Shown here one piece after another: positions 35,194 through 45,600 of a stretch of 64,000 bases of DNA. The notes under the pieces are model-generated. The model was given only the letters and a program-made list of their open reading frames with translations, did not search any database and had not been told where the DNA came from. The stretch comes from a virus: IMG/VR virus record IMGVR_UViG_3300027769_000020, positions 27,528 through 91,527 of that record, one strand, 5' to 3'. Position 1 is the stretch's first letter; every line of letters starts with the position of its first letter. The position numbers were made by a program, and so were the translations under genes.

Positions 35194-36903
35194 ATGGATT
35201 GTCTTTGTTTTACGGTTACTAATACAAACAGTACTGATCAAGAAATAGAAATTAGTAACTGTTGTACATTTACTATAGAAACAATAGTAGTTCCTGCAGG
35301 TGAATCAATAACATTTTTTGGTGAACCTGGTTCACGTCCATCAGGAATAATAGTTACTGAAAATCCTCAATGGACAACATGTGAAGATTGTTATACACAT
35401 AATTATAAATTATATAACTGTATAAATAATCAAATAAAATATACTAATGATATAGAATGTCCAGATTGTTATAATTATGTTGGTAATATAGCTTATACAA
35501 GTATTACACCAAATCATTGTTGGTTAATAACTGAAACAATTCATACATCTGGAACAATAATACCTGTTGAAATACTTCCTGAACTTAATTGTACAGTATG
35601 TTTACTTAAATGTTATACAATAACAGGTACTGGTAACATTACATATTTTAATGATTTTGAAGACGGATTAAATACAACTACAGCACCAGCAAGAATATGT
35701 TCAAGTATTTATCCTGAAGTTACGGGTAATGACTTTCAGATATTTGATAATGGACCATGTGAAATATTTGAAAAATATACAACGTGTGTTGAAATATGTT
35801 ACATGCTTACTAATTGTGATACTGAAGAAGTTATATACTCAGTTGATCAAGATTTAGCATTTCCATATAACTTAGGACAAACAGTTAAGTTAGCTGAGTT
35901 TGATGGATGTTGGACAATTACTACAAGTGAGTTTTGTCAATCTCCAGTTAATACTACTGTGATTCAAGCATTTACAAATTGTCAAACTTGTAGTCCACCT
36001 GTATACTATAAACTACAATCATGTAGTCTATCTGAACCATTAACTTTATTTACATCTCAAGATATTTCTGCTTATGTTGGTAGAACAGTTACACTTGAAG
36101 AATATCCAGGATGTTTTATTGTTACAGTATTTGAAACTAGTTTTCCTTCACCTGTAATAATTACTATTACAAATAGTTATGCTGATTGTCCTGAATGTGC
36201 TGCACAAAGATATAAGTTGATAGACTGTGATGGTATTAGAAATTCAATTTATACTACAACAGATTTGTCTGCATATTTAACATCAGTTATAAAACTTACA
36301 TTTTATCCTGATACATGTTGGACGGTAGAAGAAACACAAGTAAATACATCTGATGATTTGGTTATTATAGATAGCCAATATGCATCATGTGAAGTATGTA
36401 CAACTAATACTGTTTGTTTCTGTAGTGCTATAACAAACAATAGTGAGACTACTCAAACATTCCAATTTAGAGATTGTGATAATAATATTCAGTCTATTGT
36501 TGTAAATGCTGGTGAAACAAGTAGAAAATTCTGTGTACTTAAATGGTTATTCCCTGAAGGATGGACATTACCAAAACTATTCAGCAATAATGGGGATTGT
36601 GTTGACGGAAGATGTACACCTGATGTACCATTTAAAAGTGTAAGACCAGGATACGCATCACCCGCATGTTCATCTGAATATTATGAAAGAATAGCATGTG
36701 CTTATTCAGAAATACTATACAAAGATGTAATTGCACAAAGATATGGTATTGCACCATGTTGTCCTGAAGAAGAACTATATAGACTTGATATTAAATATCA
36801 ACTACTTGAGTTACAGGCAATTAATAATCCAGATTACATATGTAGACCATATAAACCTTGCTGTCAAGAAAATGATAGTTGTGGATGTGGTTGTAATTCT
36901 TAA
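35194..36903 (+). CDS. Cys-rich repeat structural protein
   Basis: About 68-aa Y.L..C...CW...C..C repeats; C-terminal RYGI..CC. Confidence 0.7.
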   Translation: MDCLCFTVTNTNSTDQEIEISNCCTFTIETIVVPAGESITFFGEPGSRPSGIIVTENPQWTTCEDCYTHNYKLYNCINNQIKYTNDIECPDCYNYVGNIAYTSITPNHCWLITETIHTSGTIIPVEILPELNCTVCLLKCYTITGTGNITYFNDFEDGLNTTTAPARICSSIYPEVTGNDFQIFDNGPCEIFEKYTTCVEICYMLTNCDTEEVIYSVDQDLAFPYNLGQTVKLAEFDGCWTITTSEFCQSPVNTTVIQAFTNCQTCSPPVYYKLQSCSLSEPLTLFTSQDISAYVGRTVTLEEYPGCFIVTVFETSFPSPVIITITNSYADCPECAAQRYKLIDCDGIRNSIYTTTDLSAYLTSVIKLTFYPDTCWTVEETQVNTSDDLVIIDSQYASCEVCTTNTVCFCSAITNNSETTQTFQFRDCDNNIQSIVVNAGETSRKFCVLKWLFPEGWTLPKLFSNNGDCVDGRCTPDVPFKSVRPGYASPACSSEYYERIACAYSEILYKDVIAQRYGIAPCCPEEELYRLDIKYQLLELQAINNPDYICRPYKPCCQENDSCGCGCNS

Positions 36904-36937
36904 TTAAAATAATTATATTATAATATATACAAAAGAT

Positions 36938-38635
36938 ATGAAACCATTAAATTTTGATAATTCTCCATGTAGTCCAACTTCTTCAAATTGTGTAATTTGG
37001 GCAGGTCCGGACTTAGCATGCATAAATGTATGTAAAGGAGATAATATTACAGATGTTACTGCAAAACTAGCAACTGAAATATGTGCTATTTTAGATACGT
37101 TAAATATTAACTCATATGATCTTGACTGTTTCAATTTAACAAATTGTGCACCACAGACATTTCAAGATTTAATTAACTTTTTAATTGTCAAGATTTGTCA
37201 ATTAGAAAATATACCAGTTACTCCAGTAGTACCAGATTCAGGTGATTGTCCATCAAATTGTATTGTTGATGTTGCACCATGTCTTGTTGAGAATGGTGTT
37301 ACTACTATGTCATTAACAGACTACGCAATTGCAATTGGAGATAGATTATGTTCTCTTATTGATACAGTTAGTTTACAACAAATAGCTATTACTGATTTAG
37401 ATGTTAGGGTAACAGTATTAGAAAATACAGTTCCTCCATCATATACAACTCCTACAATGGAAATGGGTTGTGATATTGCAACTCTATCAACTGGTAGTAC
37501 ACAAGGTATTGATACAGTTATTAGAACATTTATAAATGATATTTGGTGTACATATGTAAGTACTACAGGTAATGCTGGATGTCTTGCTGCTGCTGTAGCA
37601 AGTCAAACTGTTGATGGAGGTGATTCATCAAAAACAAATCCATTAGTAACTATGTCTGTACAATATGCAGGATTATGGATTGAACCTGCTTCAACAATAT
37701 GTGACTCAATTAATAATATTTGGTTATGTATTGAAGATTTAAGAAATGCACCAGTACAATCTCCATTTAACTTATTAGGTACAGCAGTTGATGCGGGTAG
37801 TAATAAAACATCTGCAATTGAAAGATATAATTCTATTTACACAGTTGGTTATGATTCATATTTTAATTCTGTAAGAGTTGGTCTTGGTAATAGTAATGTA
37901 AGTTCAAATACAGCTATAGGTTCTTTTGCTTTGTTAAGTAACACTACTGGTTCATTTAATACTGCAGTTGGTAGATCTGCTTTAACAGCAAACACAACAG
38001 GTATTTATAATGTTGCTGTAGGTACACGTGCATTAACTGCAAACAGTGTAGGACAAGCAAATGTTGCTATTGGGGATTACTGTTTAAATGCAAACTTATC
38101 TGGTGATTATAATATTTCAATTGGACATAATGCAATGTCACTTAATACAATTGGAAACAATAATGTTGGTATAGGTGAGCAAGCATTGTATAAACAAACA
38201 ATTGGTAATTTAAATACTGCTATTGGTTCATATGCAATGAATGATAACTTAACTGGTAGCAATAATACGGCAATTGGTAATCAAGCATTGTATAGTAACA
38301 CTACAGGTGGTAATAATATTGCAATTGGTGATATAGCAGGTAAAATAGATTTATTAGGTGCTGCAAATATAAATTCTAATACATCAATATATATTGGTAA
38401 TAATACTAGGTCATCTACAACATCTGATACAAATCAAATTGTAATTGGTTTTGCTGCAGAAGGTAAAGGTTCTAATACAATTCAAATTGGTAATACAAGT
38501 ATAACAAGAACATATTTACAAGGTGATATTACAATCAGTGATGCTACAGCAGTTACAGCAGCAGTTGTATCTCAAACTAAACATTTTCCAATTGTAATAA
38601 ACGGTGTGACTTATAAATTATTACTTGCAGATTAA
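36938..38635 (+). CDS. tail fibre protein (Cys-rich N-terminus, N.AIG repeats)
   Basis: SNCVIW.GPD N-terminus; NTAIG..AL..NTTG repeats. Confidence 0.75.
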   Translation: MKPLNFDNSPCSPTSSNCVIWAGPDLACINVCKGDNITDVTAKLATEICAILDTLNINSYDLDCFNLTNCAPQTFQDLINFLIVKICQLENIPVTPVVPDSGDCPSNCIVDVAPCLVENGVTTMSLTDYAIAIGDRLCSLIDTVSLQQIAITDLDVRVTVLENTVPPSYTTPTMEMGCDIATLSTGSTQGIDTVIRTFINDIWCTYVSTTGNAGCLAAAVASQTVDGGDSSKTNPLVTMSVQYAGLWIEPASTICDSINNIWLCIEDLRNAPVQSPFNLLGTAVDAGSNKTSAIERYNSIYTVGYDSYFNSVRVGLGNSNVSSNTAIGSFALLSNTTGSFNTAVGRSALTANTTGIYNVAVGTRALTANSVGQANVAIGDYCLNANLSGDYNISIGHNAMSLNTIGNNNVGIGEQALYKQTIGNLNTAIGSYAMNDNLTGSNNTAIGNQALYSNTTGGNNIAIGDIAGKIDLLGAANINSNTSIYIGNNTRSSTTSDTNQIVIGFAAEGKGSNTIQIGNTSITRTYLQGDITISDATAVTAAVVSQTKHFPIVINGVTYKLLLAD

Positions 38636-38659
38636 TATTAAAATAAAAATTTTTCAATT

Positions 38660-39697
38660 ATGAATACATGTATAAAATGTGGTTGTGATAATTCTTATCC
38701 TTCATTGCCACCAAGTCCAACTCCAGCACCATGTCCAGATCCACAACCATGTGCAGAATTTTTTGACGCACAATGTGTAGTATATACATTACCTAATATT
38801 ACATGTGATGAAACTACCGTAGTATTTCAAGATGATACAGTAGCTGCAGCACTTCAAAATATTGTAGATTATTTCTGTGAAGCAATTGCAACATTAACAG
38901 ATTATGTTAATGCACAATTAACTATTATCAATAATAGACTTACAGTTATTGAAGGAGATATAGTAAATATAGAAAATGACATTACAAGTATTCAAGGTGA
39001 TATTACTACTATTGAAGGTGATATAACAACTATTGAAGGTGACATAACAAATATAACAACTCTTGTAGGTCAAGCAATGCCTGTAGGTTCTTTATTAGCT
39101 TGGGCTGGTAATCAAACTACAGTGGCTCCTCCAACTGGTTGGTTATTTTGTGATGGATCAACAGTAAGTAAAACTACGTATATTAATTTATACAATGCTA
39201 TTAAGGATGATTTTAGTAATGGTGCTCCAATACCAACTAATCAATTTTACTTACCAAACTTAATTGAGAAAATACCATATGGAAGTACAGCAGGTAATGT
39301 TGGTAATCTTGTAGGTAATAATACAATGAACGGAACTGTAGTAGGTACAGCAACTGTAAATATTGATATTAATAACTTACCAGAACATAATCACACATTA
39401 ACTGAAGTAAGTATTACAGGAGGTACTCACGGACATCTTATTAAAGCAGACCCTAATGGTGGTGGAACAGGAAGTAATGATGGTTTTACATTAACACAAA
39501 ATACTACTAGTGAATATAATGCAGGACCTACTGGTACTAACTGGATTTATGGTGGTGGACATACACATTCATTTAGCGCGTATGTTACACAAACAGGTGA
39601 AACAGGTACAACTCAAGCATCAGGAACTATCTCAGGTTCATTTACAGAAGACAATAGACAAGCTAGTGTATCAATAAGATACATTATAAAATATTAA
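38660..39697 (+). CDS. tail fibre with coiled coil and tail-collar domain
   Basis: IEGDITT heptads; PVGS...WAG...P.GWLFCDG...LPNL collar; LPEHNH, HTH. Confidence 0.8.
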   Translation: MNTCIKCGCDNSYPSLPPSPTPAPCPDPQPCAEFFDAQCVVYTLPNITCDETTVVFQDDTVAAALQNIVDYFCEAIATLTDYVNAQLTIINNRLTVIEGDIVNIENDITSIQGDITTIEGDITTIEGDITNITTLVGQAMPVGSLLAWAGNQTTVAPPTGWLFCDGSTVSKTTYINLYNAIKDDFSNGAPIPTNQFYLPNLIEKIPYGSTAGNVGNLVGNNTMNGTVVGTATVNIDINNLPEHNHTLTEVSITGGTHGHLIKADPNGGGTGSNDGFTLTQNTTSEYNAGPTGTNWIYGGGHTHSFSAYVTQTGETGTTQASGTISGSFTEDNRQASVSIRYIIKY

Positions 39698-39703
39698 AAG
39701 AGT

Positions 39704-39728
39704 GTCGCAGTTTGTTGGTTTCTGTGAC
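39704..39728 (+). ncRNA. hairpin displaying a UUUGUUGGUUU loop (candidate antisense sRNA element)
   Basis: Stem GTCGCAG/CTGTGAC; loop complementary to AAACCAACAAA. Confidence 0.5.
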
Positions 39729-39738
39729 TGACAACAAG

Positions 39739-39773
39739 ACCCCGGTATATGCTCAATACCGGGGTTATTTTTT
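39739..39773 (+). terminator. intrinsic terminator
   Basis: ACCCCGGTAT/ATACCGGGGT stem plus T run. Confidence 0.8.
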
Positions 39774-39856
39774 ATATATAAGTTTAAAGTACTATATTTG
39801 TTTTAGCATGCAGGCTTTTATAAGTCTGAAAAATTTAGTATATTAATATATAAGAT

Positions 39857-40444
39857 ATGGAAAGCAAAATATTTAAGAGACCAGATGTTAAAGGTAAAAG
39901 ATTTAGAGATAATGTACATCATACTTTAAATCCTAAATTCTATAAAGCATTTAAAAACAAGTATCCTAAGTATGCTGAAATAGATAATAAAGATTTAAGA
40001 AAAATATGTTTAGCTTTTAATAATCTTTTTTGGGAAACTGTTATAGAAAATAGAGATGGTGTGCAGTTACCAGAAGGTTTAGGTAATATATTTATAGGCA
40101 CATGTCAATCAAGTAAGAAAAGAAATATTGATTATGGCAAGTCTAATAAATATGGAATCATTGTTACAAATACAAACTGGGGCACTGATAATAAACTGGC
40201 TAAAATATTTTATACAAATTTTGCATCTAAGTATCACTTTCTTAATAGAGACTGTTGGGCTTTTAATGCATGCAGAAACTTTAAAAGAACTGTAGCAAAA
40301 ACATACTCAACAAACTGGCCAATATATATTACTGTTGAACCAATGAAAAAGATACGTAAAATAGTTACAAGATCTAAACAGAGGGAATACATGAAGAGTG
40401 TTGAGGACAATAAATTAAAAACATATAATGAATTTGATATATGA
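39857..40444 (+). CDS. IHF-like basic protein of the crAss tail module
   Basis: FN....E.VIENRDGVQLPEGLG.IFI; position before ring genes. Confidence 0.5.
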   Translation: MESKIFKRPDVKGKRFRDNVHHTLNPKFYKAFKNKYPKYAEIDNKDLRKICLAFNNLFWETVIENRDGVQLPEGLGNIFIGTCQSSKKRNIDYGKSNKYGIIVTNTNWGTDNKLAKIFYTNFASKYHFLNRDCWAFNACRNFKRTVAKTYSTNWPIYITVEPMKKIRKIVTRSKQREYMKSVEDNKLKTYNEFDI

Positions 40445-41112
40445 CAACAATTGGAGAAGCAATATCAAGAGTAAGAAATGCTCTTAAAGCAGTTAAAGAA
40501 GATCCATTCTTAACTGATAGAACAATTTATTTTGCAATATCAAAGTATGGTAAAGCTTTATTAAAAAGAGAAGATAATCAGAATAGACTTATGAAAATAA
40601 GTTCTATATTTTCTGTATTAACTTATGTTGAGTTAATTGACATTGATAAAGTTGAAGCAGGATGTGCAGGTATTACATCAGGTTGTTACATTAAAAGAAC
40701 TAAAGAAAAACTACCTAAGTTTTTTGATGGTTTAAATGGACCACTTATCCGTACTGTATCATCATTAGATACATCAGTAGAATTATTTAGAACAGATCCT
40801 GGAACTTATTCTTCTATGACTAAAGTAAATAGTTTTAAGTATAACAACAAGAAATATTTTTGGTATTTAAATGGATACTTATACTTACCTAATGTACCTT
40901 GGGAAGCAATTAAAGTGGAAGGTGTATTTGAAGATAACATATCAGGTTTTACCTGTGATACTTCAGAGGAGTGCAAATTTAGAAATGATGACCAATTGCC
41001 TTTCCCAGATTATTTATTTGGTGAGATTGAGCAATATGTGTTAAAAGAATTAACTATGTCTATCAATGTACCAAGCAATGGACCTGATGATAGTCAAAAC
41101 TCATTAAGATAA
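40441..41112 (+). CDS. tail ring protein
   Basis: LTDR.IY, RTKEKLP, YFWYLNGYLY and EGVFE motifs; synteny. Confidence 0.6.
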   Translation: MTTIGEAISRVRNALKAVKEDPFLTDRTIYFAISKYGKALLKREDNQNRLMKISSIFSVLTYVELIDIDKVEAGCAGITSGCYIKRTKEKLPKFFDGLNGPLIRTVSSLDTSVELFRTDPGTYSSMTKVNSFKYNNKKYFWYLNGYLYLPNVPWEAIKVEGVFEDNISGFTCDTSEECKFRNDDQLPFPDYLFGEIEQYVLKELTMSINVPSNGPDDSQNSLR

Positions 41113-41627
41113 TGGATTTTAATTATACACTTAACTCAACAAAAATATGTTGTAGATGTAAAAATGAATTTCCATTAACTACAGAATTTTTTCATGCAGC
41201 TAAGTTTCTTGCTGATGGTTTCAATAGTCATTGTAAAACATGTAGAAAAAAAAGTTACCATTTAAGAAGAACTCCTATACAAGATTTAGAAAAAACTTTA
41301 AGTCAAAGATTTAGTGATTTAAAATCAAGGACTAAAAAGAAAAGATTAAATTATGGTGTTGAATTAGATTTTGATGTAAAGTATTTAATGGATTTATGGG
41401 AAAAACAATCAGGTAAATGTGCTATATCTAACATAGATATGACATATATACTTTACAATGGAGCAGTTAACACAAATGTTAGTGTTGATAGAAAAGATTC
41501 ATTAAAGGGTTACACTAAAGAAAATATACAATTAACATGTGTTATAATTAATAAAATGAAACTTGATTTAACAATTGAAGATTTGACATATTATTGTAAA
41601 CAAATAATTAAAAATAATGGATTTTAA
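41112..41627 (+). CDS. free-standing Zn-finger/HNH-type homing endonuclease
   Basis: CCRC...CKTC; Q.GKCAIS...SVDRKDS.KGYTKENIQLTC..IN.MK. Confidence 0.8.
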   Translation: MDFNYTLNSTKICCRCKNEFPLTTEFFHAAKFLADGFNSHCKTCRKKSYHLRRTPIQDLEKTLSQRFSDLKSRTKKKRLNYGVELDFDVKYLMDLWEKQSGKCAISNIDMTYILYNGAVNTNVSVDRKDSLKGYTKENIQLTCVIINKMKLDLTIEDLTYYCKQIIKNNGF

Positions 41628-42633
41628 CTATACTTTGAAGCTAAGAACATTTGACCAGTTATTGGAAGATGTTACTATTGATTTAAATACTTATGCTCTT
41701 GAGAATATGATTGAGCCTCAACAACTTATTAAAGTTGCTAAGAGGGTTACATATGATTTAGGTTTAAGAATACATATGACTAAAGAAGCAATTCTTGAAG
41801 TTGAACATTACAAGGTAAGGCTACCTGATGATTTCTATACATTAAACTTTGGTTCTATATGTGGAAACTTTAGACAGGCTGTAGGTTACCATCACGGTGG
41901 TACAACTACTATGGAAGTACCTTATAGTGAAGTACCAAGTACTGTTGATATATGTGCTCCTATTACAGTTAACTGTTCTACATGTAATGCAAATCCATGT
42001 AATCATACAGCAGCTTGTCAGGATCATGTATCAGATTGTTCTCCTGTTGTGGTTCCTCCATATGATCCAAATAACCCATATGGTGATACTTGTATTAGAC
42101 CAAGAGTATTCTCTAACTGTAAAGGTGATCAGTTTGAATTAATTCAAGTTGTACCTTCAGGTGAGACTAGAGTATATGAAGCATTGATTCCATTAAGATT
42201 CAGATCATCACAAGAAATAGAATGTGATTGTCCTAATCTATATTTAAAAGTACCTAATGAGGCTTGGATTAAAAATGGATTCTTACATACTAATTTTGAA
42301 TGTGGTAAAATATATCTTAACTACCAGGGAACACTGGAAGATGAGAATGGTAACTTATTAGTTCCGGACCATGATCAGATTAATGAGTACTATGAGTATG
42401 CAATGAAACAAAGAATATTTGAGAACTTATATATGAATGGTGAGGATGTAGTACAAAAGTTACAACTTATTGAGCAAAGATTAAAAGCAGCAAGAAACTA
42501 TGCACTATCTATTGTTAATACTCCTAACTTTGCAGAGATGAAAGGTTTATGGATGGCTAACAGAAGAGCACAGTACTCAAAATATTATGACATGTTTAAA
42601 AGTTTTAACTACAACAGCATGCGTTTATTATAA
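41617..42633 (+). CDS. tail ring/tubular protein
   Basis: LPDDF, LHTNFE.GKIYLNY, L.VPD...EYYEYA motifs; precedes the muzzle gene. Confidence 0.65.
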   Translation: MDFNYTLKLRTFDQLLEDVTIDLNTYALENMIEPQQLIKVAKRVTYDLGLRIHMTKEAILEVEHYKVRLPDDFYTLNFGSICGNFRQAVGYHHGGTTTMEVPYSEVPSTVDICAPITVNCSTCNANPCNHTAACQDHVSDCSPVVVPPYDPNNPYGDTCIRPRVFSNCKGDQFELIQVVPSGETRVYEALIPLRFRSSQEIECDCPNLYLKVPNEAWIKNGFLHTNFECGKIYLNYQGTLEDENGNLLVPDHDQINEYYEYAMKQRIFENLYMNGEDVVQKLQLIEQRLKAARNYALSIVNTPNFAEMKGLWMANRRAQYSKYYDMFKSFNYNSMRLL

Positions 42634-42645
42634 TACTTTTACATT

Positions 42646-45600
42646 ATGGCAAAGAAAAATATACAAAATACAAGTCAGAATGAAACTAATACTTTTGTAA
42701 AAGGATTAAATAAAGATTCTGATCCTACGTTTATTTCAGAAGGTATGTGGACACACGCACGTAATGCTGTGAACAATACACTTGAAGGTAATATAGGAAC
42801 TTTATCAAATGAAACATCTAATGTATATTGTGCAGAAGCAGGAGCTACATTATTAGGTAAAAAATATATTATTGGTACTATTCATTTATATTCTGATAAG
42901 TGGGTAATATTTACAGTAGCTTATCCTAACAGTGGTGTAGGATTACCTACAGGACATGAAATAGGTTTATTTGAAGAAGATACTTGTAAGTATAGAATTA
43001 TTGTACAAGATGCTTGTTTAAACTTTGATAAGAGATATTTAATCACTGGTGCATCAAGAGAGAAAGAAGATTGCTCTTGGGCAGTATATTTTGCTGATGG
43101 GAACAATCCTGATAGATATATAAATATTGGTGATGATGCATTATGGCCAGGTTCTACTTACTTATGGATTGGAAACAATACATACAGTAATGGTGTTACT
43201 GATATACAATGGCCAGGTGTACAATGGAATCAAATATGTCATACTGATGGATGTCAACAAACTAGTCCCGGTGTATGGCCTCCTGGATGTCCTGAACCTA
43301 ATGCATGTATAACTTGTGTGGATGATACAACATTAAATTGTGAAGATTTAAGATTAGCAAGATTAATGAGTACGCCAACTATACAAGTTAAACCAGCTGT
43401 TGGAAGTGGTGAATTAAGAAATGGTTCTTACTTTGCTGTTATTGCGTATACTATTAAAGGTCAGAAAGTTACAGATTATTTTTCTCCAAGTAATACACAA
43501 CCTATTTGGAATAAGAATGATGTACAAGGAAGTATTGATATTTTAATTGATGCAGACAATGTACACTTTGATGAATTTGAACTTATAGTAGTGCAGATTA
43601 TTAATCAAGGTGCTGTAGCTAAAAGAATAGGTTTATATTCTACAAGTACAAATGTAGTGCACTTAGATCAGATTAAAGATTCATTAATTACAATTCCTAT
43701 TGAGCAAATACCAATTAGGAATATTGTATATGAAACATCAGATCAAATTACTGAAGTTAACAATTACTTGTTAAGAATTGCACCTAGGTCTAAGTTTGAT
43801 TTTAACTATCAACCATTAGCTAACCAAATACAAACTCAATGGGTATCTGTAGAATATCCTTCTAACTATTATGTTGAAGGAGGAAGTAATACAAGTTACT
43901 TAAGAGATGAAGTATATACATTCTTTATAAGATGGGTATATAGTACAGGTGATAAGTCTTCATCATATCATATACCAGGTAGAGCTCCACAGACATTCCA
44001 AATACCAGGTACATCTTCTATAGTATCTGAAACTGCTACTAATGTAGATTTCAATACACTAGAAACTGATGATAAAGTATTTGAGGTATATAATACAGCA
44101 AGTGTACTATCTACTCCTGGTACTGTATTACCAGATGGGGGTATTGTTAGAGCAACTGGAAGAATGGGTTATTGGGAATCTACTGAAAGTTATCCAGATA
44201 ACAGACCTGATATTTGGGATGCCTCATCACAATGTTGGACAGGAACTACTGATCCGCAATATGATTTATGTGGTAAACCAATTAGACATCATAAGTTTCC
44301 TGATAACTTTAACACAGCTTCAAATACTGATTTAACAAATCATTATTCTCAAGGTGGTGCTAATATTAGATTAATGGGAGTTACCTTTGGTAATATTATT
44401 TTACCAAAAGATAATGATGGTAATGATATACCTGGAATTGTAGGTTATGAAATACTAAGAGGTTCTAGAGAAGGTAATAGAAGTATTATTGCTAAAGGTA
44501 TGATAAATAACTTAAGATCATATAACATAAGAGGTAATAATACTCAAGGTAGAATAGGTTTATACCCTAACTATCCTTTTAATACTATTACTCCTATATC
44601 AGATACAATTGGTGGTAATGTTACAGGACAAAATGATCCATATATAAAATTAACTGATAAGAACAATAATGTTATAGATCAATATGTACCATCTAATTTT
44701 GTTACATTTCACTCACCTGATACTAATTTCAGAACACCATACTTATCTACTACAGAACTAAAACTATATGGTAGATTATCTGGACAATCTGTACAGTATT
44801 TCCAAGAGCCTGCAGAACATCCTAACTTAAAATTAATTGCAGATGCTGCAGTAATCTTAATGTTTATAGGTGGTGTTATTCAAACACTATTACAACTTAC
44901 TGGTAAAACAAAAGTTAGTAGTCAAAAGTCAACTGCAGCTAACGTAACTACTGTAGCAGGTACTACATCACCAAGTGTTATTATTGCACAAACTGCCTTA
45001 GCTGTTGCAACTGCAACTTATGATACTGCTATAACTACATACTATACAGGACTAGGTCCTATACTTGATATGTTTACAGGTGGTGCCGCTTTAAAAGCAA
45101 TACAAGGTTCTTATCAAATTGCATTAGACGCAGCAGCAGCAGCAGGAGCAATTTCTCCATCTAATGCTACATTTGAAAAAGAGTATAGTGCATATGAACT
45201 TTTACCTCCAGTAGTAGGTGCAGCTTTTGCTATTAAACAATCTGCATATTATTTTTCTGAAGGTGCTAACTCAACACTAAGAATAATTTATGCGGGTTTA
45301 CCTTATAGACAATTTGCATTACAAGCAATAGCAGAAGGTTTTTATAGTTCATTTCAACCACCGGTTGCTTCTAACAGAAGAAGATTTAATATTGATGATA
45401 GTCTATATTTAAGTGATAATATACAAACTGTTAAACCATATAGTGGTAACAACTATGTAATTAATAATCTTAAAAGACAAAAAACGGTTCTTGTAAGAAC
45501 TACTAATAATCTTAAAAATAATACTGGTCCAGACTTTATTAATGCTGACCAGTCATTAGTTACATTAGGTACAGCAATACAAGCTGGTGGTAATCTAGGT

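Noticed and set aside
41112-41627. Group I intron or intein around the HNH gene
   Set aside because: No non-coding flanks to form a ribozyme core and no intein termini; the ORF abuts both neighbours
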